Assembly: GCA_002633005.1 (NCBI GenBank)
Contig: NMRA01001230.1
Location: forward strand, 1,692-37,434
Source of the DNA: Phoronis australis
Taxonomy: Eukaryota; Animalia; Phoronida
Reading direction: 5' to 3'
Length of the DNA: 35,743 nt
Shown in pieces: positions 1 through 13,600 of the stretch. Below the pieces are notes generated by a model, which saw only the letters and a list, made by a program, of their open reading frames with translations, did no database searches and was not told the origin of the DNA. Numbering within the stretch: position 1 is the first letter of the stretch; every line of letters begins with the position of its first letter. The position numbers and the translations under genes are program-made.

Positions 1-1419
1 CAAACGCTAACTTCGTGTTAGGGACAACCAGCTGGTTTTCTCCGATATTCCACAAGCCGTTAACCGTTTGAACATTGTTGCTAGCTTTGGCTGACAGAGG
101 TCGACCATTGTGATCTTTATTGTTAACCGCTTTATGTCCAATATCTTGAATTTCACCACGAAACATTCGACTGCTTTTTGGTTTTCATTTAGCAAGTACA
201 CTGTTTCAGCCGAAGTTTCACTGCTTTGTCTCTGCCCTTCAGAAACATCAATACTGTGGAAAAGTTAGCCTCAACGAATTTTGTCTGCCATTGGTTAGTG
301 TTCTAAATTAATTGATATTGGTCGGAAACGCATCTCCCTAGTCCGCTGCCTACATAGCCTGAAACTAGGATTTTTTCTAATCGCAGTTTTTGGACTACAC
401 TGCTAATGGCCGTAACACATGGCATCGATTTTTGCATTCCATCCTTATTATTTTACTTTTTCAGCTTTACCGAGCTTGTGGGTAACTTCCTCCACAGGGT
501 TTACCAATCCGCATCAGAATTACCTAATTATATGATGAGGTACGTAGAAGGTATAGATCGACAACCGACGAGAAATTAAGAAATAAGCTAATCCTATTTA
601 ACAAAATCCAAAATATGAGAACATTCTCCCAACTGATAAATACTTACGGTATTTTTGATAAATTATTTCCAGATTGATTTTCTCATAGTTAGTTGGTTGA
701 ACCTCCAATGTGAAGAAGGAGAGTAAGACCAAATGTCTGTCTTAGTCACTTTTCAAGAAGCAGATCCCGGGATTTCGGGGTCTCATTTAATATTTAATGA
801 CTGATGTATACTGATGAAAGTTTATAATAATACTATAGTCGTGTTTGGATGTATATGAATATAAAACAATGACCAATGTCGAGATATCCGCTCCAAGTTA
901 CACAGACGGGATCGAAAAGTGAGTAACTTGAAGAACCGAACCATTGATATAAATCAGTTTACCAATAGACGTCTGCCACCCTAAAGTTTCGTCGAAGTTT
1001 AGTACTTTAAAACGCCAGGTCTCCGAAAATGAACATCTCAGTTTGAGGTACTAAGCTGTTGCAGATAAAAGAATCTTAAAAATAAAAGTCTTTATTCATC
1101 CCAGTGGTCGAAAGATTTAGAGTCAGCCTGTAATCCCGTATTTTGCCTTATGACACAACCATATTCGTCACGTCCAATGTCGATGACCTTGTCGGAAGCC
1201 TGGATCGTCATTTGATTAGGTTTGTCTACTCGCATAGCCTCGTTTTCGCTTTGTCATTAAAGGACAGTGCCACCTGATTTAATTAGTCTTTCTGCCGTCT
1301 TAATGGGTCTATATCCACATCGCCTCTTATACGGTCGACCTCACCTTGCCGAGACGTGTCGCGTTAACCTGTGAGGAAGGTGAGAAACGACACAGCAACG
1401 TCAGTGGTTCGTCTGCAGA

Positions 1420-1719
1420 GTGAATGCCGCTATATTGCGGTGTATCGTACCCACTTGTCCGAACTATGAAGCTGCGGAGAAAGCGGGTATATCGTTTTTT
1501 CGACTTCCTCGAGAGCCCGAAATGCTTAGGAAGTGGCTCGTGGTAGTGAAGAATGAAAGGTACACTGCTAATAGCAAGTATGAGGCCGTGAAACATCTCC
1601 GTGTCTGTGGCCTGCATTTCGTCGACAGTGATTTCTCTGACGAATTTCGGCTTGCCGAAGAACTATCCATGCGTTTCGTTGCCTGTGCATGTTCACGGCG
1701 CCTCTGTAGTATTTCTTGA
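1420..1719 (+). pseudogene. THAP zinc-finger N-terminus of transposase, truncated
   Basis: CIVPTCPN...SFFRLP...W...VCGLHF is the C2CH THAP signature. The ORF ends shortly after the domain, with no catalytic DDE part. Confidence 0.85.
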
Positions 1720-2365
1720 TCAGTGTATACTGGTTCGAAATGATAGCCTGTGAAACCTAACGATCTGACCCGTGAAGTTTTCGTCGGACGACCTCTTGAC
1801 TAATTAATCGTGATTGGCGCCGGGCGAGTTGCCATGTATACGTTTATTATTCTGTGTTCTGTTTCAAAATGAATTATTCTCATCCTAACCAATGCTTATA
1901 TAAAACTGAAACAAAGTCTGTCTCGTTAGATACAATTTGCAATGTCTTTGCAGTATTCGTGAGTGCAAATATTGAGAAGCCAGCAATGAATAAACCATTG
2001 CTTTACCGGCTTTAGATGCAATAAAGGTAATTGACCGGGAACCGAGGCCGTGTGAGCAAATGCTAATTCAGTGTTTGCTGACAGAAAGCTGTTGTGAAAC
2101 AATTACTCGGTTTTATATGCTATGGTCACATGTTAGCGAAATCTTTATTTAGATATACAAAAATACATTATTGAAATCATTGGTACTGTACAACCTTTGC
2201 CCTGAAGGTCTGTGGAAGGGGAACCCGAATTCGCGGCCCCCGACAAGTAAGTAGATTTTCAGTTTCTTGGCTAATTCACATTGTTTCTTTGCCTCACTAT
2301 TAGTCTTTTCGTGACTGGAGGTTTAGTTTCCAACTCAAGCTGGTTTATGTTCGTGCCAGTCCCGG

Positions 2366-2470
2366 CGGCCGCGACGGGCCTGATCGGGTTCCGAGCCACT
2401 GGCCGGGATAACGAGTGAGTCCGGCCGCGACGGGCCTGATCGGGTTCCGAGCCACTGGTCGAGATAACAA
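2366..2470. repeat. 56-bp GC-rich direct repeat x2 inside the Kolobok-like element
   Basis: CGGCCGCGACGGGCCTGATCGGGTTCCGAGCCACTGG starts at 2366 and 2422. A degenerate equivalent lies at about 30895-30990. Confidence 0.85.
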
Positions 2471-4539
2471 GCGTTTTGTGTGTTTAGAACTCAAAAATTC
2501 ACAAGTCTAAACAACACAGTTCTAGGTTCTCCTGTCTGTATTTCACGGAATAATACTTCGAATTTATCTCTGAACAGACCCCAAACTCCTGCTATGGACC
2601 TTGGTAAATTGGCCTGCCGAACTTTGTAGGCTACAGTATGTCCAAACACCAAAGAAGCGAAATAAAACAACACGTTTGATTATTTATTGGAGTTAAATGA
2701 TGAATTCAAGCGATAAGCTGACAAGTAACCCGTGTTGTGAACTCAGTGCTGACCAGACTGCGTGTAGAAACCAATGACGTCATTGGATAATTCCAACACC
2801 TTTGTCTGCCGTCTGGTGTCAGGTAACCCAACCGAACTCGATCTAAATTGATACAAAAATAGGTTGTTTTTGGTGGCATTCTCCTTTAAATCCATGAATA
2901 ACTTATGAGGTCAGCTTATAGATGACTCCTGGCGATTGACGAAAGGATACGTGTCTTTCAGTTTAAACCTACACTGTTTCAGTTTTTCCTCCCGAGGCGT
3001 CAGCTATGTTCAAGGGGTGTCCCAGGCCGTTTTTGACTTATGCTCCTGCGTGGGAAGGTGAGTTTAAATAGTTTTGTGGTTCCAGTCACTCTAATCTCGT
3101 TGATATAAAATGCTGTTCACATTACAAGTCATAAAAGAGTCCCCTGTATATTATCATATTTAAAGTGATGTTTTGGATTGAAAATTGTAGCCTAATATTA
3201 TTTACTTGCACTCCCAATCTCCATTTGTTTGTTTCTGTCGGAAATATGCATGTTTTTTCAAATATAATCTGGTTAATGGGATGCGCTCGGTTATAAAGTG
3301 TAGGATCGACGAAAAAGTATGTCTGTGATTCTTGTTGGAAAAAATTGAGTTCTTGAAGTTATTGGCTTTGGCCGCAGATATAATGCAAGTAAATCGTTGC
3401 AAATCACCAATTCTCTACTTGGCTTCCAGTAATGACCTTTTTACGAGTTTTCTCAAATTTTCGATTTTTTTCAACAGACAAATGAAAATTTGACATTTAG
3501 TGTTGAATAGCCAACAGTTCACAATTCGCCATGCACGCGCATCTCCTATGGTGAATTCTTGCTCTTGGCAATGGCGTGAATTTGACAGAAGTTGAATGGA
3601 CTTGACACTTATGAAGACTCAGGTGAAAGTAAGATGGCTGAGAGTTAAGATATCTCTGGGAGCGATGTGTTAACAACTTGTTTGTAAATTTAAAATATGT
3701 TAAGAACTTGAGTGTTTAAAAATCTAAAATAAAACTAGATCAACGTGGCAGGTGGATACATGTGTGGTCCAGTATCATTTACTTTCTTTCCAGTTTCACG
3801 AACAAGACCCTGAAGTGTGACTTACACATTACGACACCTTGTAAGGCATTGAATAAAGAAAACAAACTGACACTTTTTCATCAAATCTATCTATTTTCAG
3901 ATCTTTCTAAAGTTTGTGTTCTTTGAAACGCAATTCTCTTGATAGCCTCCATGTCGACTATTTACGATTTATGATACGTTTTCAGTGACTGAATTATGAT
4001 TTTCTGGTTATGCCTAGAAAAAGTTTTTAAGTTGGTTAAATCCCTCGGGCTGTAATTAATTATCCATGTCTCACTCCAAAAGTGACGTCATTCTCTGCCA
4101 TCTGTGTTTGTGCGCTGGTAGATTATGAAATCTGTTGATCGTATAAAATTTTCCAGAAAAATCTGTAATTAATACTCAGACAATCCTAGGCTGAATTAAA
4201 ATCCATCCCCATCGGAGTGGAATTCAGACATTAATTGTTTGATCTGCAATGGATAGATTTCATCATCCACTGGAAATCGCGTTAAAGAGAAATTGCACTC
4301 TTCTAGAGCACGTGATACTTACATTCTCATAATTCTTCTTTATTTGTACACATGGCCATTGGCCCAAAGTACAACAAACAAACAAACAAACAAGATCATT
4401 GAGGTGCTATGCACACTTGTCAGCAGACATACAAGCTGTTCCGTTGTTTAAATGCCTAGTAAACATATTTCACACCTGAGGTATCGGGATTACATAACAG
4501 TCTATGAAATTTAAACAAAGAGGGTCTTGTCCAGAGACT

Positions 4540-5950
4540 CACTTAGAAACTTATCTCTGATTTCGGAAAAAGCGTCTCAAACTAACAATCACTGATATTC
4601 ATCCTCGACGCAATTTCTCTAGCATTATGTCCAAACACTGTCTCGATATCTATCACATTTTGCGTGACGACCTGTTGCTAGTGCCAGTTTGTGGTTTGCA
4701 CATCGAAAACGTGTGAAACTTTGCACTAACACTCTTGGAAGATTATCAATTTCTAAATAGTTTTCACGTTCAAATACAGATTTGAATTTTTTAAATAGTT
4801 TAGGTTAGAATTGAAATCAGTATCGGACTGCCACCTTTGCAAGGCACAGTTGTGAGAAAATATTTACAAATGACTCTTGACATGCGACTCCTTATTTTAC
4901 CCAAACTTCATAGAAACCATACACTGACAATAAACTGCAGACAAAACTTGCTCAGTTATATCTCTACCATTTTCATCTAACCTGTACAACATGTTGCAAG
5001 CGGCCCTTGGATAACGCTCTTGTGGCATATTGAAATATTTAAATCAGTATTTAATACAGCTAACAAAGTATCTCGTAAACATAGGGTATCTGCCACATTC
5101 ACTCAATACTGCAGCGTTAGAGCAAGAACCGCCAAATCCCAAGGTCCATTTACGAAATTTTAAATTCATTTTTTCTAAACACTCGTATTCTTTAAAACCC
5201 AAAATCGCAATGTTGGGTAGAGCAGTTTATCAAATAACTGAAATAGGCAAGTGATGAGAGAATATCGTGACAACTGCGCTGTAGTTTCAAAACACGTGAT
5301 GCAGCTTTATTTGCTTGACAAGAGAAAGTTTTTGTCGCTTTCGACCGTAACAATTTAGGTGTGATCAAATAACCAAGATATTTATAATGATATACATCAT
5401 CAACTTACTGTTTATGAAAAAACAATTTCTCATCATGTCTTAAGGGGTCCCCATTTCTAAATACAATTATTTTGGTAATCTTTAAAATCACTGCCATACC
5501 CCATGAATCACAATAATCACTGAGACAATTCAACATACGTTGCAAGTTAGACGCTGTTATCTGCATATAATAGTGAATTAATATTTGTAGCATGTTCATC
5601 TAAGTAGATGCCATTTATGTCACTACATGAATTGAGTTTTTCTAAAAACTCATTAATATACAAAACAAATAGTAGAGGGCTTATCATACAACCAATAGTG
5701 CAATTATATAAGTCTGTTAAATCATCACGCGTGTTAACACATTATGGAAACCCTACTGGCAAATAACGTTGAACAACTTATGCAGAATCGGCAAAATGAA
5801 TGTTTTCGTACATTTTAACACTTCAAAAGCAACTCCATCAATACCAGTGGCCTTGCCATATGGGAGCTAATCAATGTTCTGGATAATTTCAGAACACGTA
5901 ATGTCTGCATTTAAATCATGTTTTATGTTGTGGGTACACTTGTCACAACA
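4540..5950 (-). mobile_element. Decayed non-LTR retrotransposon ORF2 (RTEX/CR1-group LINE)
   Basis: Minus-strand fragments with stops and frameshifts: GKATGIDGV (~5850), LQRMLNCLSDYCDSWGMAVILKITKIIVFRNG (5405-5560), IWGFKEYECLEKMNLKF...ECGRYP (~5080-5200), FTRFRCANHKLALATGR...VEDEY (~4590-4715). Ends approximate. Confidence 0.85.
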
Positions 5951-8900
5951 GTTATCATAACTAGTCTGCCAATCGAGGACAGTGTTCATGAGTGAATCGT
6001 TAACAGGTACTTCTTGGTTTAACAGACTCTTAAAATAACCTTGTCATTTTTGTGGTGTAACAGACGTAGCTGCACACCTCGGAGGTTGTGTACTAAATTT
6101 GATCATTTTCCAAAACACTTATGGGTTGTACCTATTCTTGGAAATGCTTTCCAGTAGCCTACATGAGCTTCATAATTTTTCTCTTTTTGTCTATGTAATT
6201 CTCGGAAATGCTTTCTTTTTAATTTATAATTATCCATGTTTGAAGGGGATATATAACACCGAAATCGACTTACAGATTTACGTTTAGCATTTTTGGCAGT
6301 ACAAAAACAGTTAAACAGTTGAATACTCGTAGGATAACCAGGAAAATGGTAATTTAACCCAGAAGTATATCAAAAATATCCCTTTCTCCTTTAACATGCG
6401 TTCCTTTGTGTGCAAGATTTCACAAGCTGCGACACTTCTGACAAAACCATAGACATTTATTAAGATGTCTATGGACAAAGCCGTTCCAGTGCAGTGTACT
6501 GCTATTCGAAAGAGATTCCCCGAGCCTATAATTTCGTGATTTCCAAGATCTGTCAACTACAGTATACGTTATGTTGTACTTTCCAGGTTGGTAACCGGGG
6601 ACAGGCAGCCGAGTCTCAAGGATCTTCAAAACGATGAAGATTTGGCCAGTAGGTGGCAATCTCTTGTTCAGTCGGTGAATGGACAGACCCAGGACGTTAA
6701 TGAAGAAGTCCGGTAAGGCAAACGACTGTTTACATGCCACTGGCGGATCAGGGGTGTCGTAAGGGCTGCCAAAGAATTTCTTGTTAACGAAGAATGTATA
6801 CGTTGCTCCTTTAAAAGGCGACGTTTTTCTTTTTTTTTTCATATCCGTGGGGCTGCTCAGTGCAGACAGACGACACTGACATTTTGGAGGGTTTTATTGG
6901 TGAGTGCAACCAAGCGGAAAGTATCTGAGACATGAGGTGTACCAAATAAGCTTAGCCAGAATCGCAGATCAACGAGGACACTTATGTCAAATTTTCGTCG
7001 TCGGCTCAACAAGAATAGTGAAATAGTTCTAAGGCAGATCATTCGCTTTATTAATATTTCGTTTTTTGTATTTTAAAACCCATAGTCTAAGCATGAACAT
7101 TTCTCAGTAAAATACTTAGGATGAATTGTCATATGAATCATTTTAAATTGACGGCCACTATCAAGTCACAGCAAAGAAAGGTAACATCCAAAATTTTCGC
7201 CATTACCCCTGCAATGTGTTCCATAGACCCATGATTCTTGCCCATAAGCAACATTATGCAAGACCACGCAAAATGATACGAGTGTTTCGGGTGTGTTTCA
7301 TTCCTTAATACAGTAATTACCTAGCAAAATGCCGGCAACTAGAGTGATTGGTCGGTGAGGTTGAAATATTGAATTAGGGTTTAGAATTCAGGATTATGTT
7401 AATTCACAGAATTCAGTGTCTCCGTTCCATAAGCGAAGACTGTCCTCAAATGTTCTACCACATGAACGTTAATTTCACAAAATTTGAAAAACATGCTTGC
7501 CTGTAAATCCATGAAAATGTATCACCAGGTTCATATCGCCCACTGCACTCTTTTATTGTTTTACATTGTGGTAAAACCAAGGTGTTCCATCGAAATTGAA
7601 ATCCCGTTGTAAAACAGATATCCTGAGTCGAAAACAGACTCTCGCACCTTTAAAACAGCTAATCAGTCCGAAAAATACAAAACCCGACCTTTAAAACACG
7701 AATCCTGGGGATCGTACTGGAAACTCGAACAATTCTCCAAATTTCCTGAGACGATGTCAGAAGCATCAAACTTTGAGTTAAAGCATCTTCAAGTACTTTC
7801 CAGTTGTTTTCTGCATTTGCTTTTAAAAACTGTAAATAACAAAATGTAACTAATACTATAATATTGACTTTGTTATTTATCGGTAAATCTCGTGCAACTT
7901 GTCTGTGGGCGAAATTCCTCGGTGAATATTTAGTTAATTTCAGACTCTTCAATATATTCTCCAAAAATATTTTCAAAAATGAAAAACAAAAATATTATTT
8001 GGACTTTCAAGTGCCGTTTTTGATTAAGTCTTTTTTAAATATCCTTACAAATTGAATTCGTAGATTTATTTGTCGAGAGTACATTATTTCCGGCACAATC
8101 TGTTTCTGGATTTTTAAATGGCTCGCGATAATTATTCACTCAAAAGACATGCACCGTTATCAATTTCACCGTTCATGCTCTCAAAAAAGTGTACTTCAAC
8201 TCCTCATTGATGATTTAAACGGAATTTGGCATCGAAATTTCTGAACTCAACGCATTCACACTCTTTTTAGCGGATCGTCCATTTGGATTCTGTGACCGTT
8301 GTAGCACTCGCCATTTCTTATTGTTCACCCTGTCGGGTGCACTGTACACATCCGCGGGTAAAACAGGTTCTTGATCAACTTTTTTGCTAGAGAACAGTGA
8401 TAAGTTGTCTAAAATTCACAAATAGTTAAACAACATATCACCAGAACTATTTAAAGTAGGAAGATTTTTTATCACAATGTGAAATAGATACATGTCGTAT
8501 GAACACATGGCACTTTAAAGGTACTATGGTACTATCTTCTTGGGATATACAATATTTGACAACAAGTGCGGGAGTGTTGTTTTGGTCCCTAGATGTCCTG
8601 TCCGATCCCCCCGGTTTCTATTTTTCGGACTAGTTGGCTGTTTTGAAGGTGCGGGATATCTGTTTTACACCGGGGGTCCAATCTCGATGGTGCTCCTTGA
8701 AAACGTTCTTCGAGTGTATAGCTGTAAGCAAGCGCGTGAAAGTAAAAGTTGGGCACATTGATAATATTTTTTTCTGTTTGCAGCGACCTAGCCCCCGATG
8801 TAATCCCAACGGCGGAACTATACAGGTGGGTAGAGAATACGCAACAACAAAAATAACCCTACTACTTCGGGTCGTTTTTAACTGCCTTGTGCAAAATTCT

Positions 8901-9885
8901 CATTTGAACGGATCAACTAGCTCGTTTTTAGCTTTTTTGCATTTTCTTCGTTTGCCTTATTAATTTTGAGAAAAGTCAAGCAAATGCGCCCATTGTCAAA
9001 ACTCCCAATTTTCTGTCGATTTAACACGAAATAACCGCAGTACGTTATCCTACCCGGAAACTTGCAAAGCGACATTTAAAGTTGGTGTTTTGAGTTTTGG
9101 GAAGTAAATTTCATACTTCAGGGGTTCCCAAAAATGTCCTGATACTTCAGTACAACCCCCGATGTTCAAGTTTAGTTCCCGTGGATGACATTCTGTGGCG
9201 GGACGTACAGACGCTCGAGACGTCGCGTGCTCTATATGCATGGGATTGGCAAAACAGACATTTCAGTTTTGAACAACGAAATTTTATCGTGCAATGCTTC
9301 TATCAACTCAATAACGTCAACGAATAGCAAAGATAGTCAATCTTATCCCCAAGTTAAACAATAATCCATTTATTTTGGTTTGAAGACTTGATTCCTATTT
9401 TGTTACTTCTGTGTGAATTTAAACAAAGTAATCATGTATGTTCCTAAGTTAATAAACAACGCAGATATTGTATTTTGAATTGAGAATATATTTTTAAAGC
9501 GCCATGTATATCTGAATTTGCATATACTTTCGTTTTCCATTCTAACCTTGAATTTCCGAAATGCTTTATACGGCTGAATCGCCTTTTCATGATGAGTCTC
9601 AATTCTCCAAATCGAGTTTGTGACATCATGAGCATCTCATGTTATCAAGTTCTCATTACCCAACAATGATTTTCACGAGGAACTCGAACGCTTTCAAGAT
9701 GATCAATCTAATTTGCCTGACTAGATTGACGACTATGAAGTGGATGGGTACTGCATCTGAAGCACCTTAAGTATTCAAGTAGCCTTAAGTTTCCTCTCGC
9801 CGAGAGGTGATCGTTATCTGCAGGAGAGCATATTTTAGTCAGGAGGCAAGTCATGTGACTTTCAAGCTTCAGAGTTATTGGCCGT

Positions 9886-10121
9886 ATGACTCAAGTTTGC
9901 TCATGCACAGGTTACGTTCACCACCGAGGGGAAACTAGAGGTTACGATAATACCGGAGTTGCCCCGGATGCGATTACGGGTGTCGGTGACGTGCGAAGTA
10001 GCTCAGTGATTGCTTATTTGAGCCAGCTCTCAGCTGCACCGGTGTCTCAGTGCAGAATCGGCGGGACTTGGGCCCGGGCCTGGTGTAGGTGTTCGACTAG
10101 GTTGTGTGACAAGTTAAGCAA
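9886..10121 (+). CDS. GOT1-like gene, putative coding exon 1 (N-terminal extension)
   Basis: ATG at 9886 with an in-frame stop upstream (9856). Ends AA|gtaaat in phase 2, which joins the next exon in frame. The true start is uncertain. Confidence 0.5.
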
Positions 10122-10494
10122 GTAAATTTTAGCGCAAATCTGGTAAGCTTTTATTTTTTTTAATCGCCTTTTCAGTTTCCCTGTGCAGAGAAAACCTTTC
10201 AAAAAGTAGAATAAATACGACCAGAGTGACGATTCCCCGATCACTCACTGCCGATACTGAAAATTGCTTTTGACTTCAAGCGTATTGGGGAGACTTTTCC
10301 TGCTTACCGGTAGTGCGAATTGCAAATAACGGGCGAATGTCTGAAAGGCGACTTGGCTTATTCGTGTTAGGAATCAGTGCTATGTCAAGCAATAAGTGCT
10401 TGATTACTAAGATTAGACCCCGGGATTCGTACTTCATGCCCAAATTTCTGTTGGTTTCAAAACAGTGCTTAAAAATTGTTATTGCTTCTTACAG

Positions 10495-10609
10495 TTGCCA
10501 ACCCGTCAGGACTGGTGTTGAATTAGTTGCTCTCGGACTAGCAACTGTGGGACTGAGCTGGCCACTGAACATTCTTGTTATCGCTGACTCACTGTTCTGC
10601 TTGGGCTGT
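10495..10609 (+). CDS. GOT1-like gene, exon 2 (TM1-TM2)
   Basis: ttcttacag| ... |gtaagt. CQPVRTGVELVALGLATVGLSWPLNILVIADSLFCLGC resembles the GOT1 segment KIGMGLTGFG...DKALLAIGN. Phase 0 end. Confidence 0.75.
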
Positions 10610-13600
10610 GTAAGTATGTACTTGTGGGAAAGTACGTGGACTAACTCTGTAGACTGGTAAAGCCGGTGTTTGCATTTTGCGAGTTGCTCACATGCACCGT
10701 CACATTTCCGTTTTGACGAATATTTATTGAGTTTCGTTTCAATGAAAAAGAATAAAATTCTTTTATGAGTGACTTAATGTGCCTAATTGACCAAAATGCT
10801 TTCAAAAAGATTAAAATTCCCGTTTAAGTCCTTTAAACTATCAATTTTGTTCGAGCTAAACAGTTCCTCCACCGCACCCTGTCATCACTTTGGAGCGAAT
10901 GTAGTTTTCTGAATGGCAAATAAACATGTCTTAACGTAGTGTACGAATCGGACAAAAATGTCCTTTGATGACAAAACGCGTCTACATAGAATATATTTAC
11001 ATAAGCAGCCAAACTATCCGCACACTTTTATTCTGGCCTCAAACATTTCTACCTCTGAGAACAGACAGAGAGCTACGAGCTGAGCTGTCTGCCTCAAGTG
11101 AACTACAGCTGTATAGCTCAACTATAGCTCGCTCACCCGTACACAGCGAGGAAAATATTCACGGGCCCGTCAACTGCGTTCGTAGTAAGCTGCGTGAATC
11201 TAGCACCGTGACAGTATTACCATGTGCAAGCGAGATAGGCTGCGTCGGTAGACCGCCTATTGAAGTATTGGACATATCAACGAATTCCCACTGCACCACA
11301 AAACAGATCTTCCTACATGATCACTGGGCGCTTACAGGAATTGATTTTCAAGTCCTCCCGATGCAAATACAACTCTAAACTGTTTCCCGACCGAAACGAC
11401 GGAGAGAGCTGCTTGGGTCAACTTGCGCTTGCTGTACTTGTGAGGATACGTGAGTAGGCTGGTGCCAGATTGTTGATAGGCTCGTTATCGATCTGCAGAT
11501 AAAACTGACGCAGTATTATGGAATTCACAGACGTCTCTTGTTTTTTCCAGTCAATTGCCATAGCTGGACTTATAAATTTCGTTGGAGTGGCCCCCCTTCT
11601 CAACATCAAAGGACTTGTAGCGATCTTGAGCCCTCCGCTAATGATGGTGATCTTTAGCCCTGTGGTTGGTTACTCTTTGCTCCTGCTTGGGGCATTTGTT
11701 GCTGTGGCGTAAGTAGAGAAAAAGCGTTAATAGCTGACTCGCGGAGGGAAAATCTAACCAAAATCACGTGCTCTCATTGAAAACATACGGCGATATCTCG
11801 CCGAATCTCGTGAGGTCTTGCTTATCTATATCGAGGTTTTACTTGTCGAACTGGACTCAGTGTTTGCCTATGGAGCAGAATTTGTTGACCGGTTTAGTTT
11901 TTTTGCTCAAAACCTTTGATGACCACTAACGGCTCTGTCAGTTCAATAATCATTTGATGTTAAATACGATGTTGTGGTTATTGACATCTGCTAAGAAGGT
12001 AGAACCGGGTTTAACATTCCGTAACTGTTGTAGGGCTCGCAATATCACTTTATGAAAACTCACTGGGTTAAAACACTCCAAGAGAAGAATTGTTTAGTGC
12101 GTATCTGTTGTCCCATTTGTCAATTGTCTTTAAGGTGTCTAATTATTTACAGAAAAACTCATGCCAGGCACTTCTCGAACTTCTACAACTTTACGGACGA
12201 GTGAGTTTATTTGTTTCCACTTCTATTTGTTGTTACTGCTTTGAAAACGCAGCAAAGAAATTGAAAGACGTGCAGGCATAGATCCGTAGATGCAACTCGC
12301 CAGTGAACCAACAGTAATCACTTGCTTTGTTTGTAATGCGGGATGATACCTTGCGTTTTCACAATTGTATCTCGTCTACGGAACGGACCCTTAGGTTTTG
12401 TTTCCGTGCATGAAGAAGAAACTAAATTAGACAGAAGAAACTTGAAAGTACAAGATGTTGGAGCGATCCGTCATTTCTAAAAAAAACGATAGTTTTAGTG
12501 CATCCATTCACGTAGTTTGTGGATGCGCACTTTGTTACACGTAGCTGATAGTTTTTTGATATCGTCACGTTCTGCTAACTAATTTTAAGATGTTTGATGT
12601 ACATTGAAATACCTGTAGACCTATATGACGTCACTCTCAGACAATTGTGTGAATCGAACAGTGTCTTGCTAATATTGTGGCCTGGATGAAGGAAAAAGGC
12701 TGATGCTGAATATAGAAAAATTCACGTTTTCCTGTTAAGAACACGTATGGCCATAGCTTCAACTTGGTTCCACAGGTCTCGACAAAGCAGCATCTGAGAA
12801 TGAGTCTTGGGACCTGTTTCATGAAAAGTGACGTCAGACTTTAAAGTCCTTCAGTCAATAATTTCGGAAAAATAATTAAATCTCCAGCTTGAGCAAAAGT
12901 GCAAAATCTCAGTGAGCAGCTGTTAGTTTTTGTGATAATTTCCGTTATTTGTTTCTAGACTGTGATGCGCTCGTAATTAATTCGCTAAGCCTTTATTCAC
13001 TAATTACTAAGTTGACGTGCAAGATGAGAAGTTGATTTCCAGAAGTGCCCAGCTTTCTCATACAGACATTCGGGACTCCCGGGTGTGTTGCAATCCTCTG
13101 CTGTCTTCCAGAACTAGTTTAATACTCATGCTTACTTTTGATTGATTTTAAGCGTAAAATTAAAACTAAATTGTTTTCGGAAAGCTCGTAACGTTCTCAG
13201 TCTAGGTCAGGGGCTTAGCTGTACATTGCTCGCTTTCCTTCAATGACCAAGTCCGCTTGGAAAATCCGATAACATGATTATTACTGCTCGCTTATGCAGA
13301 GTTTGGAGGTTAACTATTACCAGAACAATTTGCTTGCTGGACGTTATACCTGAGCACTTATTGCAAGTAAATTTCCTGAAGGTCTGATATGGTTCAACAA
13401 CCAGCGAGGTAAAGGGTTACTGACAATGCAGATGTTGCGGAAATAGAAGCAAAGGTGCACCACTTTTGCTCTTGCTTCATGTACCGATTGCGTCACTTCT
13501 ACTGAATATAGTTATACTGACTTATAGCTATTAATGTAAAACCACAAGTTGCACGTGGCTTATAAGTTGCGTGTACTAATTACACCTCCCTCACCGTGAT

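Larger units (their letters stand above)
1261..2885 (+). mobile_element. Kolobok-like DNA transposon, internally deleted
   Basis: TTAA at 1257-1260 and 2886-2889 flank imperfect TIRs AGGACAGTGCCACC / GGTGGCATTCTCCT (12/14 match). Contains a + strand THAP ORF and a convergent - strand second-ORF remnant (GYHFEPVYTDQEI), the Kolobok layout. Confidence 0.8.

Noticed and set aside
7-290. Short - strand ORF at the window start
   Set aside because: Interrupted by stops, no recognisable motif.
7250-8520. Possible further Kolobok-like relic ending at GGCACT-TTAA, with an exon-like stretch at 7690-7830
   Set aside because: No matching second terminus, and the protein similarity is too weak to support.
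10965-11712. Cluster of overlapping ORFs in GOT1-like intron 2, faintly like a retroelement gag remnant
   Set aside because: No consistent frame or diagnostic motif.
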